Shown: positions 1-8,481 of the stretch, piece after piece
Layout of the letters: every line of letters starts with the position of its first letter
Position numbering within the stretch: position 1 is the first letter of the stretch
Assembly: GCA_045613805.1 (NCBI GenBank)
Contig: JAZLBS010000056.1
Span: forward strand, 32,438 to 96,437
DNA: 64,000 bases
Origin: Acutalibacteraceae bacterium
GTDB lineage: Bacteria > Bacillota > Clostridia > Oscillospirales > Acutalibacteraceae
Reading direction: 5' to 3'
Translations under genes and position numbers: made by a program
Notes under the pieces: generated by a model
What the model was told of the DNA's origin: nothing
The model's input: only the letters and a program-made list of their open reading frames with translations
Databases searched by the model: none

Positions 1-3000
1 ATGTTGATTCCTTGTAGAAGGTAACCTTCCAATCATGTTCAGCGGGTCCTGTTTTTACATCAGTCTTACCGCAAACACCACAAGTTGCCTGAAGAGTGAC
101 ACCTGTTGCACAGTTACCGCCAACAGCTACATATTCACCATACTGGTGATTATCTTTTACAGCAGGAACTGTCTTAGCAGCAAGCTTTTCGAAGCAGACC
201 GTACAGTACTGGACTGCATAACCTTCAGTGCCGCAGTTAGGTTCTTTAAGAGCTGTTGCGTCAAAGTTCTCAACTGTTACACCTTCAGGAAGAGAAGTAA
301 CAAATTCACTCTTTACATGTTTGAGAGCTGAATCCTTCTTTTCTCTTGACTGTTCTTCATTACATTTTAAGCATGTGTTCTTTTCTGTACCGTTAACGCC
401 GCACTTTGCATCGTTCTGATATACCCACTTGGTTTCGTCATATACGTGAGTACCCTTTTCACCGTAAGCTGCCTTACAGATATCACAGATAGCCTGATCC
501 TTACATGTAGCTTCACCGCCGGAGCACTTAGTTGTGGAAATCTTATATCCGCAGCCCTCTACAGTACAGTAGATAGAGTGAGTACCGTCGCCGTTTGAGG
601 TAGCAGTTTCAGCAGCTGTATGGCCGTTTGCAGCCTTTTCATTCTTAGTCCATGTAGCACCGCAGTCCGGACATGCATAGCTGTCGTAACCCTTGGTTGT
701 ACATGTGGGAGCTACTGTTTCAACGAAGGTTTCTTCGTCTGAGTAAGTCTTAGTTGTGTTGTTACCGCATACGCAAGCATTAGCGTGACTATGAACACCG
801 TTCTTTGTTCTTTCAGTGTAAGTGAATTCACACTTTTCACCGCCAACAATTACAGCTTCATCTTCACCGTTAAATGTTACTTCGTACTTAACCTGTGCAC
901 CGTCAACAACCATACCGCTTACGCCACAACCGTTAGCGCAAAGTCTGCTATGGTAAAGATTTACGGTATCGTATGTGTAAGCACCTGTGAAGTTATGGCC
1001 TGTAGCCTTATAGCCGTTGGGAAGTACGGCAGGAAGAGTGGTGTAATCACAGTCTTCATACTTACAGTCAACATAAGCGGGGTGACCGTCCTCTTCACAG
1101 GTATGATCCTTGAAGCTGAAGGTTGCGAGGTCGTGTTCACGCTTTTTGATTACTGTTTCTGACTGACCGAGGTAAGCATCGGTGCCTTCTGCATCCTTGT
1201 AATACTTCTTACAAGTATCGCAGTACCAGTATTCGAGGTTACCTGCTTCATAGCAAGTAGCAGCCTTAGCTGCGGTGTAAGCCATTGAGTGACCTGACTT
1301 TGAATCTACATCAGTCCAGGTAGCACCGTCACCGTAATCCTTGCTGGAGTTCTTACAGAGTGAGCATTCATAGTAGTATGTGGCATCATTTGCACAGTCA
1401 GCCTTTGTTGCAAGATATTTAGCATCTTCAACCTCTGCCCAATTGTGAGCAAGAGCTGTGCCTGATGAGAACTTTGTGCCATTACCTACGCCGTAAACCT
1501 CTTCTGAGGACTTACCGCAGTCTTCATACTTACAGGATGTGAAGTACTTAGCAGCTGCGAAGCATGTAGCTTCATCTGCAAGATACTTATCATCTACCTT
1601 ATTATGGAAGTCGTGCTTTCTTACTTCACCACTGATGTATGTGAGAGTTGTGTACTTTTCTGTATCGGTTTCGTCCTTTGCATTCTTGTCACAGCGTGAG
1701 CAGTCGTAGTAGTAAACGTTAGCCTGTTCACAATTAGCAGCTGATTTGAGATGTGCTTCATCATAAATCTTCTGTGTGTAGTCGTGACCGAGAGCATCGG
1801 TGTAGTTGATATTCCACTGGTGACCACAAGCGGAGCACTGTACGATGTCATAGCCCTGCGCTGTACATGTAGCGGGTTCATAGCCGTAGGAAACAGCTGA
1901 ATCTGCACAGTTAGCAGTCATTGTTTTGCCGCATCCGCGTTCACAAGTGAATGTATGTGTGAGAGTATCTGCGTTATGCTGAGCATTTACCCAAACGTGC
2001 TCGAGAGCTGTGTCTGCCTTTTCGAAGGTAGCTTCTTCAGCTGTACCCTTACTTGAAGCCTTACATTCTGAGCAGTATACATAGTATGTTTCGTTTGCTT
2101 CACATTTAGCATCTGTAGCCTTGTAAAGGAATTCAGTATTGCCTGTGAAGGTATGGGGAAGAAGATCGCCGTATGCGAAGGTTGCTTCCTTATCTGTGCC
2201 CTTGCTTGATTTCTTACAAGCTAAGCAGTAGGTGTAGTATTCAGCCTGAGCTGTACATGTAGCTTCCTCAGCTTTTTCTACGCCTTCGAAGTATGTGTTG
2301 CCGCCATAGTTATGGTCAGCAAGCTCGCCGTAAGCTGTGTTACAGAACTGACATACTGCCTTAGCTGTACAGGTAGCTTCGCCGCCTGAGCAGTTTTCTG
2401 TCTTCACGTAACCGCAATCATCACATGTAGCTGTGTGCTTGCCGGCTTCTGTGTTTGCATATGTCCAATCTGAGCAAGCAACGCTTGCATTCTTTGTGGT
2501 ACCGAAGCCGTATTCACCGCAACCGTTTGCGCAAGCGAAGGAGTGAGTGCCGTCACCGTTGTTCTTCACGCCGGATTCCTTTGTGAAGTTATGACTCTTA
2601 GCACCTTCACCGATTACTGAATAGCCGTGCTTACAGTCTGAACATTCGTATGTTGTGATTTCAGGTGCTTCACAAGTAGCAGCCTTATAATCCTTAACTG
2701 CATAATTACAGTCTGTGTCTTCTACTCTGCCGCAGACAGTACATGAACGGGTCTGAGTAGCCTTTTCTGTAGCTGAGCCGCCGACTGTGGTCCATGCTGA
2801 CCAGTCGTGAGCTTCAGCAGCGGGAGTGTAACCGCAGGTGGTACATGTGTGGCTGTGAGTTGTAGCGTCGTCCTTAGTCCATGCGCCGTAACCGCAGTTT
2901 TGGTTATTGGTTGTTGTAGCGGAACAATCATCGTATGCACATTTATATGTATATGTATGTGTACCGTTATTGTTAGTTGTTACAACAGGTGTTGTATTGA

Positions 3001-6000
3001 AATTGTGTTCACGCTTTTTACCTGTGGAGCGAGAGTCTGTTGCATTACATCCGTCACGGTCACAAGTAGCGATTTCTGTGCCTTCCTTATCGCAAGTAGC
3101 GTCACCCTGATCTACATACTTGGTAAATAAGTGATCAAGAGCTTCACCCTTGCTGTATGTTTTGCCTGTATTTGTTGTATCGTTTTCTGCTGAGATACCG
3201 CAAGTTAAGCATTCTTCGTAGTAAACTGCAGCATTGTTACAATCAGCAGCTGACTTGAGGAACTTATCTGTCTGTGACCAGTTGTGACCCTTCTTAGAAT
3301 CTACTTCACCCTTCTTAACTACTGCGCTACAAGCGTCACAGATTTCATCACCTGTGTAACCGTCAGCTGTGCATGTTGCATCAACCTTACCAACGATTGA
3401 GGTGTTAACGTGGTTGTTGGGGTTGGTCTGACCTTCGATTTCCTGAGTTTCGAGACAAGCACACTTTGTATATGTCCATCCCTTTACGGTACATGTTGCT
3501 GTTGTGCCGGGACGTGTTGCATCATCCTTAAAGTCGTGCTTAACCTGTGTTGTAGCATCGCAAGCGTTACATTTGATGGTATGAAGATCTGTATCTTTTT
3601 TACCTGTGGATGTGCCTGTAACTACAGTTGATGAGGGATTCTCTCTCTCATATGTATGACCGAGAGCGGGCATAGCGGGATCTTCAAATATTTCAGTCCA
3701 TACGAATCCGCATTTTGTACAAAGCTGGGTATATGTAGCAGCTTTTGTACAGGTAGCAGCTGACTGGTATGTCTTTGAAATGCCTGTGTGGTCCTTTGAT
3801 TTAAATGTAGCAGTAACCACAAGGTCAGAAGTTACAGCTGAGAAATCTGTATCCCACTTATCGAAATCATATTCGTAGTCTTTATCTCCTGCTCTGTTGG
3901 GATTCTGAGGAGCTGTGGCAGCTGCGCCGGGAGCTACCTGCTGAGTTTTAAGAACTGTGCCGTCCCAGTTTTTGAAGGTAACTGTGAAGAGCTGAGTCCA
4001 CTTAGCATAAACAGTATCGGAAGCCGTAAGGCCTGTAACTGATGTAAGCTTTGTGCCGTTAGCTGTGTACCAGCCGTCGAACTGATAGCCTTCTCTGGTA
4101 GGTACAAGAGCAAGATTTGTTGTGTCACCGAAATTGAAGGGTACACGGATTGTTGCATAGTCTTTTGCGTATGCATCGTAATCAGCCTTATTATAGAAGC
4201 CGATGTTTGAGTAAACAGTAGTAAAGCCTGCGCCTGTTGAACCTACTCTGAAACCAACCTGTGTACAGTTTGCAGGTGTTTTGAATGTAATCTTGCTGGT
4301 ACCTGCTGTTGTGGGATAAATACCGATATGAGAAGCTGTTTCAGGCACACCTGTGCCTCTTTCATACCAAGTTGAACCTGCTAAAGCATTGCCGTTTGCA
4401 TCGTAGAAGAATACAAACATCTGACCCTTATTACCTGCAGTAAAGGAAAGGTCTGCTTCAAATACATAGTCGGTCTCGGGTTCAACAGCTACCTTATACT
4501 GAGTAGAGCCTGAGCCGTAGTTTGTATATGTTTCACCGCCACTTGCACATTCTACTGTGATAGTACCTGCCATTACATCATATGTAGCACTGCCGTTACC
4601 ACTGATTTTGGTTGATTGTGTCTTTGCCCACTCAGCCAGTGAGAACATATTATCGTAGCCGATATCCATGGGAAGAGGCTTCCAGTCAGCATAAAGGTTA
4701 ATGGAGTTAGCTACTGTGACTGACTTTGTAACATTACCTGCTGCGTCAGTTACTTCTTCACCGCTGTCCTTGACACCGTTTACGTTAACGTTATCGATGT
4801 ACCAGCCGTTGAATGTGTAGCCGTCTCTTACGGGAACATCGAGCTTACCTGAAAGTGTTGAGCCTGATGTTACAGACTTTGTAACAGGTCTTGTTGTCCA
4901 TGAGTCAACCTCGACTGCAGTATTACGCTCTGCAGGATATACTGCGATATTCTTAAAGCGTAAGGTTGAACCTGATGAAGGACAGTCGTTATCAAAACGG
5001 ATTTCAACCTTGGTTGCACTTGCGGGAGCAGTAAAGGTTACTGAGCAAGCACCTGTACTGCCGAAGCCCTTGTTGTTGAAGGTATTGGTTCCATTGTTTG
5101 TTCCAACAACAGGATTATTGTTAGCATCATACCAGAACATAAATACTTCTGACTGAGCAGTGCCTGAAACTGATGCTTCGATATCATATCTTACAGTATA
5201 GTCCTTACCGCCTGTAACGGGCATTGAATACATTGTATCCTTGTGATTACCTGAGTATGATGAAGCTGTGGTAACTTCGCCGCCTGCTGAGTTCTTGTAA
5301 ATCTTAACAGTATCATTGTTTTCTACTGCGATTTCTACTGAAGCGCTGCTCTGAAGGTTAGCTGATGCAGAAGCTGCCCAGTCGTTGATTGAGAAAAGGT
5401 TTTCGTATGTAACGTTAACGTTTCTCTTTGTAAGTCCGTTGTATGCATTGTTAAGCTCTGTGTAAGCTGTAGACATCTGGGATGCCCATGATGTTACATT
5501 GTTTGATGTGGTGCTTACGAAGTTTTTGGGAGCAAGATCCTTTGTGATCTTGTTACATGCATTTACGAATCTCTGAAGTGAATCACGTGTGTACTGGCCT
5601 TCTTTACCGTTGAGTGTACCCTTCTTAGAGATGATATCCTGAACGAGTCTCTTATAACCCTGGATGTTCATAACATAGATGGTATGACCGGTAGCTTTTA
5701 CAGGACCGTGTACAGAGTCGTCGTTAGTACCGCCTCTGTAGCTCCACTTGGGATTATATGTTCTTACCCATTCAGTGTCACTCATTGTACCGGTGAAATA
5801 AAGATGTGTAGCTGAGAAACTCCAGTTTTTACAGCCGAAGATATAACTAGAATGTTTTGTTCCGTTGGTTGTAGCCTGAAATCCGGAAGAGCCTATCCAT
5901 AAGCAGTACATTACTGCAGGGTCATCATCAGAGTGACCGCGCCAATAAGGATTGCTTTCATCGTAGCCGAGGTAAAGACCGTCAGCATCGCCATCTAAAT

Positions 6001-6490
6001 AACAGCTTACGGTTCTGAGACTCGAGCCGTTTGAGTCAGCTTCAAGAAGAACAGCCATCTTAGCCTTACCGCCGTCATACATAAGAACAGTATCCGGGTA
6101 CCATACCTGAACACTGTCTGCGTTGGCAGTGCCAGAGATAATAGTAACAGCAGAGCCTGTGCCGGAAGTAACTATATTACCGTTATTGAAGTTAAGAACG
6201 TTCTGGTATGAATTTGATAAATGCGTAGAAGTAACGTTACTGTTGGTATCACCCAGCTTACCGTTATCCGTTCTCTTGTATTTATTGTTGGTGGTTGTTA
6301 CCATATTAGTGTCAGGATCAGTTTTGATCTGATTGAGCAGTTCTTTGTTGTAGGCTGTAACAGCGTCGCCTGCATCAATAGCTTCTGCTTCAAAGCTTAC
6401 CATACCCGGGAAGAACACCCAGGATGTCATAATCATCAGCACTGCCAAGAATACTGATAATGTTTTCTTTGCTAAAATTTTCTTTTTCAT
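1..6490 (-). CDS. Giant secreted surface-type protein, N-terminal 2163 codons only. The 3' end lies beyond window position 1. It is absent from the ORF track because no stop codon is reached.
   Basis: Hand translation of the minus strand from ATG 6490-6488 stays open to nt 1 (MKKKILAKKTLSVFLAVLMIMTSWVFFPGMVSFEAEAID...). An SD-like AAGGGGGA lies about 10 nt upstream. Features: a signal peptide; two ~170-aa jelly-roll/CBM-like repeats (..SEVFMFWYDANNNPV.. and ..GQMFVFFYDANGNAL..); three Listeria-Bacteroides (Flg_new)-type repeats (GYTFNGWY; GYQFDGWY..VYAKW; FTVTFKNWDG..). From about nt 3800 down to nt 1 there are about 30 C-x(1-4)-C knuckles in tandem Cys/His mini-repeats (GH-x-[WFY] .. A-T-C-T-x2-G-x5-C-x2-C-G). 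Confidence 0.85.
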   Translation of the reverse strand, partial: MKKKILAKKTLSVFLAVLMIMTSWVFFPGMVSFEAEAIDAGDAVTAYNKELLNQIKTDPDTNMVTTTNNKYKRTDNGKLGDTNSNVTSTHLSNSYQNVLNFNNGNIVTSGTGSAVTIISGTANADSVQVWYPDTVLMYDGGKAKMAVLLEADSNGSSLRTVSCYLDGDADGLYLGYDESNPYWRGHSDDDPAVMYCLWIGSSGFQATTNGTKHSSYIFGCKNWSFSATHLYFTGTMSDTEWVRTYNPKWSYRGGTNDDSVHGPVKATGHTIYVMNIQGYKRLVQDIISKKGTLNGKEGQYTRDSLQRFVNACNKITKDLAPKNFVSTTSNNVTSWASQMSTAYTELNNAYNGLTKRNVNVTYENLFSINDWAASASANLQSSASVEIAVENNDTVKIYKNSAGGEVTTASSYSGNHKDTMYSMPVTGGKDYTVRYDIEASVSGTAQSEVFMFWYDANNNPVVGTNNGTNTFNNKGFGSTGACSVTFTAPASATKVEIRFDNDCPSSGSTLRFKNIAVYPAERNTAVEVDSWTTRPVTKSVTSGSTLSGKLDVPVRDGYTFNGWYIDNVNVNGVKDSGEEVTDAAGNVTKSVTVANSINLYADWKPLPMDIGYDNMFSLAEWAKTQSTKISGNGSATYDVMAGTITVECASGGETYTNYGSGSTQYKVAVEPETDYVFEADLSFTAGNKGQMFVFFYDANGNALAGSTWYERGTGVPETASHIGIYPTTAGTSKITFKTPANCTQVGFRVGSTGAGFTTVYSNIGFYNKADYDAYAKDYATIRVPFNFGDTTNLALVPTREGYQFDGWYTANGTKLTSVTGLTASDTVYAKWTQLFTVTFKNWDGTVLKTQQVAPGAAATAPQNPNRAGDKDYEYDFDKWDTDFSAVTSDLVVTATFKSKDHTGISKTYQSAATCTKAATYTQLCTKCGFVWTEIFEDPAMPALGHTYERENPSSTVVTGTSTGKKDTDLHTIKCNACDATTQVKHDFKDDATRPGTTATCTVKGWTYTKCACLETQEIEGQTNPNNHVNTSIVGKVDATCTADGYTGDEICDACSAVVKKGEVDSKKGHNWSQTDKFLKSAADCNNAAVYYEECLTCGISAENDTTNTGKTYSKGEALDHLFTKYVDQGDATCDKEGTEIATCDRDGCNATDSRSTGKKREHNFNTTPVVTTNNNGTHTYTYKCAYDDCSATTTNNQNCGYGAWTKDDATTHSHTCTTCGYTPAAEAHDWSAWTTVGGSATEKATQTRSCTVCGRVEDTDCNYAVKDYKAATCEAPEITTYECSDCKHGYSVIGEGAKSHNFTKESGVKNNGDGTHSFACANGCGEYGFGTTKNASVACSDWTYANTEAGKHTATCDDCGYVKTENCSGGEATCTAKAVCQFCNTAYGELADHNYGGNTYFEGVEKAEEATCTAQAEYYTYCLACKKSSKGTDKEATFAYGDLLPHTFTGNTEFLYKATDAKCEANETYYVYCSECKASSKGTAEEATFEKADTALEHVWVNAQHNADTLTHTFTCERGCGKTMTANCADSAVSYGYEPATCTAQGYDIVQCSACGHQWNINYTDALGHDYTQKIYDEAHLKSAANCEQANVYYYDCSRCDKNAKDETDTEKYTTLTYISGEVRKHDFHNKVDDKYLADEATCFAAAKYFTSCKYEDCGKSSEEVYGVGNGTKFSSGTALAHNWAEVEDAKYLATKADCANDATYYYECSLCKNSSKDYGDGATWTDVDSKSGHSMAYTAAKAATCYEAGNLEYWYCDTCKKYYKDAEGTDAYLGQSETVIKKREHDLATFSFKDHTCEEDGHPAYVDCKYEDCDYTTLPAVLPNGYKATGHNFTGAYTYDTVNLYHSRLCANGCGVSGMVVDGAQVKYEVTFNGEDEAVIVGGEKCEFTYTERTKNGVHSHANACVCGNNTTKTYSDEETFVETVAPTCTTKGYDSYACPDCGATWTKNEKAANGHTAAETATSNGDGTHSIYCTVEGCGYKISTTKCSGGEATCKDQAICDICKAAYGEKGTHVYDETKWVYQNDAKCGVNGTEKNTCLKCNEEQSREKKDSALKHVKSEFVTSLPEGVTVENFDATALKEPNCGTEGYAVQYCTVCFEKLAAKTVPAVKDNHQYGEYVAVGGNCATGVTLQATCGVCGKTDVKTGPAEHDWKVTFYKEST

Positions 6491-6697
6491 TTTTTAATTT
6501 ATCCCCCTTATGAGATATTTGAAACTGCCCTTCTGTGTAAGGGCACTCCAGATTTTTTCGGGTTACCCCGAGGTTTAAACAAGGATGAAAGGGAAACGAA
6601 AATGCCCGAACACATCTGACCTCCTTGTGTTTTTGCCGGAGCTTTCTTTCCTTTCCATGGTAAAAGGGTACAATAACCCCTATAATTACACATACTC

Positions 6698-6726
6698 ATT
6701 ATAATGCAAGGTGAAAATAAAATCAA
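6698..6726 (-). promoter_or_regulatory. Sigma-A type promoter for the giant gene at 1-6490
   Basis: The minus strand reads TTGATT-17 nt-TATAAT. It lies about 200 nt upstream of the ATG at 6490, which implies a long 5' leader. Confidence 0.6.
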
Positions 6727-6825
6727 TATGATTTTTACAAATTATTAAAACTCACAGTACAAAAATACAAGAGTTCTTTTGTGCATTTTGCTAAATAAAA
6801 ATTATACACAAACGATTCTTCTTTT

Positions 6826-8325
6826 TCACCAATTATAGCTTATAATTTCACCGTCAATCTCCCATACAGAGGGAATTTTTGTGTCGAAAATATCAACAGG
6901 CTTTATGGTGTGGGGCTCATTGAAGGTCTTGTATGCCTTTCTTATATCCTCCCTCTGCTGAGTGTTGATTTTTTCACTGCAGGAAATGAACAAAGGGGTG
7001 TTGCTGCAGGAAAGAAGATGCAGCCACTGACTGTTTTTCTCCCATGGAATATTATCCTTGAGAATACCGACACAGTCTGCATCGCACATATAAAATTTTT
7101 CATTCTGTGCAAGACGGAATGCAAGAGTATTTACACCCATATCCCTTGTTCTGCTCCATTCCACACCGCTTGTGTCATCCCCTGTGCGGCTGATATGTAC
7201 AAGACCTGCCGAAAGATGGGAAACCGTGTTGCACCCGATTATGAGAATATCCCCCGCTGTTTCTCTGATGAGACGGTAAAAATCGAGAACTATTTCAGCA
7301 TTTGTCTTTGTCCTGTCATAAAAATGCCAGCGGTCAATCTTCGTGATTGTAGATGTAAGATTTCCGCCGAAGTCACCGAAGAGGTCTGCCGTAGAAAAAT
7401 CGTGCTTGATAAGCTCGTAGCCCCAGCTCTTTATCCGTTGGATATCAGCTCTGATGTAAGCCTGTACCTCGGGATGGGTCGGATCAAGATACTCTCTTCT
7501 TCCTTTTCTCCTGATACGGTGCTTTCTTTTAAGGCTCCTGTCCTTATTTCTTAGAAAACGCACCCATATACCCGGTCTTGCTCCCGCTTGTTTTATTTCA
7601 TCGGCAAGCTTTTTCATATCACCGAATTTTTTGTTGGGCAGCCAGGGTCCGCAGCAGGATTTTTTCTGCCAGCAATCATCAATAACCTGAAAGGGTCTGT
7701 TCTCAATACCGTCGGCAAGCTCCGACTGAAGACGGGCATCGGAGAGAATCTCCCCGTAGCTGCTCTTACCGTAAGCGTAATACCAGTTATTTCCGCCGTA
7801 AATTCTCTCCTTGGGCAAAAGAGGATTTTCACAAAGCTTACCGCAGAAATCTCTGAGATTACCGAAAACCTCACCATCAGCATAATTTTCGGCTACAAAG
7901 GTGGCAAGACAAAGTCTTCTTCCGCCAAGCTGCACACCGCTGCCGCCGTTTCTGACATCAACAAGAGCCGTTATTCCGTTCATGTCATATCTGAAGCTTA
8001 CAAAGCTGTTACAGCCTGTCTTAACACCGAAGCAAAAGCAGCTTTCCTTGTCTGTAGCAATAAAATACCAGGGCATATAACGGTCATTTTCCTTAAGCTT
8101 TAAAAATTCAAGATTACCGTAGCTTCTCTCCCAGGCGTCACCTAAAACAAGCAGATTTTCATTCGCATCTGCCCGCCAGTGCATTTCAATAAATTTCGGC
8201 TTATCAACCGTAGCCGTCAGGAAAAGCCTGAGCTCACCTTCACAGTTTTCGGCTTCAACAACAGCATCACTCGTTTCACCCTCACAAATAATTTTTGAAG
8301 TGAAATTTTTAATATCAAAAGTCAT
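6826..8325 (-). CDS. Alpha-galactosidase-like glycoside hydrolase (clan GH-D, GH27/GH36-like), cytoplasmic
   Basis: Motifs: GGNNWYY (compare GWNSW), VIDDCWQ (nucleophile region DDCW), YELIKHDF (compare LKYD), SRTGDDTSG, YMCDADCVG. No signal peptide. The track start at 8331 is a GTG only 2 nt from the GGAGG. The ATG at 8325 lies 8 nt from the GGAGG and is preferred. Confidence 0.7.
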   Translation of the reverse strand: MTFDIKNFTSKIICEGETSDAVVEAENCEGELRLFLTATVDKPKFIEMHWRADANENLLVLGDAWERSYGNLEFLKLKENDRYMPWYFIATDKESCFCFGVKTGCNSFVSFRYDMNGITALVDVRNGGSGVQLGGRRLCLATFVAENYADGEVFGNLRDFCGKLCENPLLPKERIYGGNNWYYAYGKSSYGEILSDARLQSELADGIENRPFQVIDDCWQKKSCCGPWLPNKKFGDMKKLADEIKQAGARPGIWVRFLRNKDRSLKRKHRIRRKGRREYLDPTHPEVQAYIRADIQRIKSWGYELIKHDFSTADLFGDFGGNLTSTITKIDRWHFYDRTKTNAEIVLDFYRLIRETAGDILIIGCNTVSHLSAGLVHISRTGDDTSGVEWSRTRDMGVNTLAFRLAQNEKFYMCDADCVGILKDNIPWEKNSQWLHLLSCSNTPLFISCSEKINTQQREDIRKAYKTFNEPHTIKPVDIFDTKIPSVWEIDGEIISYNW

Positions 8326-8416
8326 AAACACGTCCTCCGTTTTATGTTGATTACGGAATAATTATACCACTACTGCCGTAAGTTTTCAAGCGGTAACCAT
8401 CCACATACAGAAACGA

Positions 8417-8448
8417 AGCCCCTGTCAGATATTACTCCGACAGGGGCT
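8417..8448 (-). terminator. Stem-loop downstream of the 2595-aa gene
   Basis: AGCCCCTGTC (8417-8426) pairs with GACAGGGGCT (8439-8448): a 10-bp GC-rich stem with a 12-nt loop. On the minus strand it is followed by TCGTTTCTG. Confidence 0.55.
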
Positions 8449-8481
8449 GAATTATTCGGTTTTGCCCGTCAGGGCTCAGCT

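Noticed and set aside
6508-6726. 72-aa minus-strand ORF in the track
   Set aside because: Its 5' part covers the -35/-10 promoter and the leader of the giant gene. Only the last 35 codons (a uORF with its own AAGGAGG) could be translated, and those are reported as a low-interest finding instead.
6910-8103. Track ORFs of 214 aa (6910-7554, +) and 171 aa (7588-8103, +), plus smaller ones, inside the alpha-galactosidase-like gene
   Set aside because: They lie antisense to a gene with clear family motifs. They have no SD and their low-complexity composition is typical of shadow frames.
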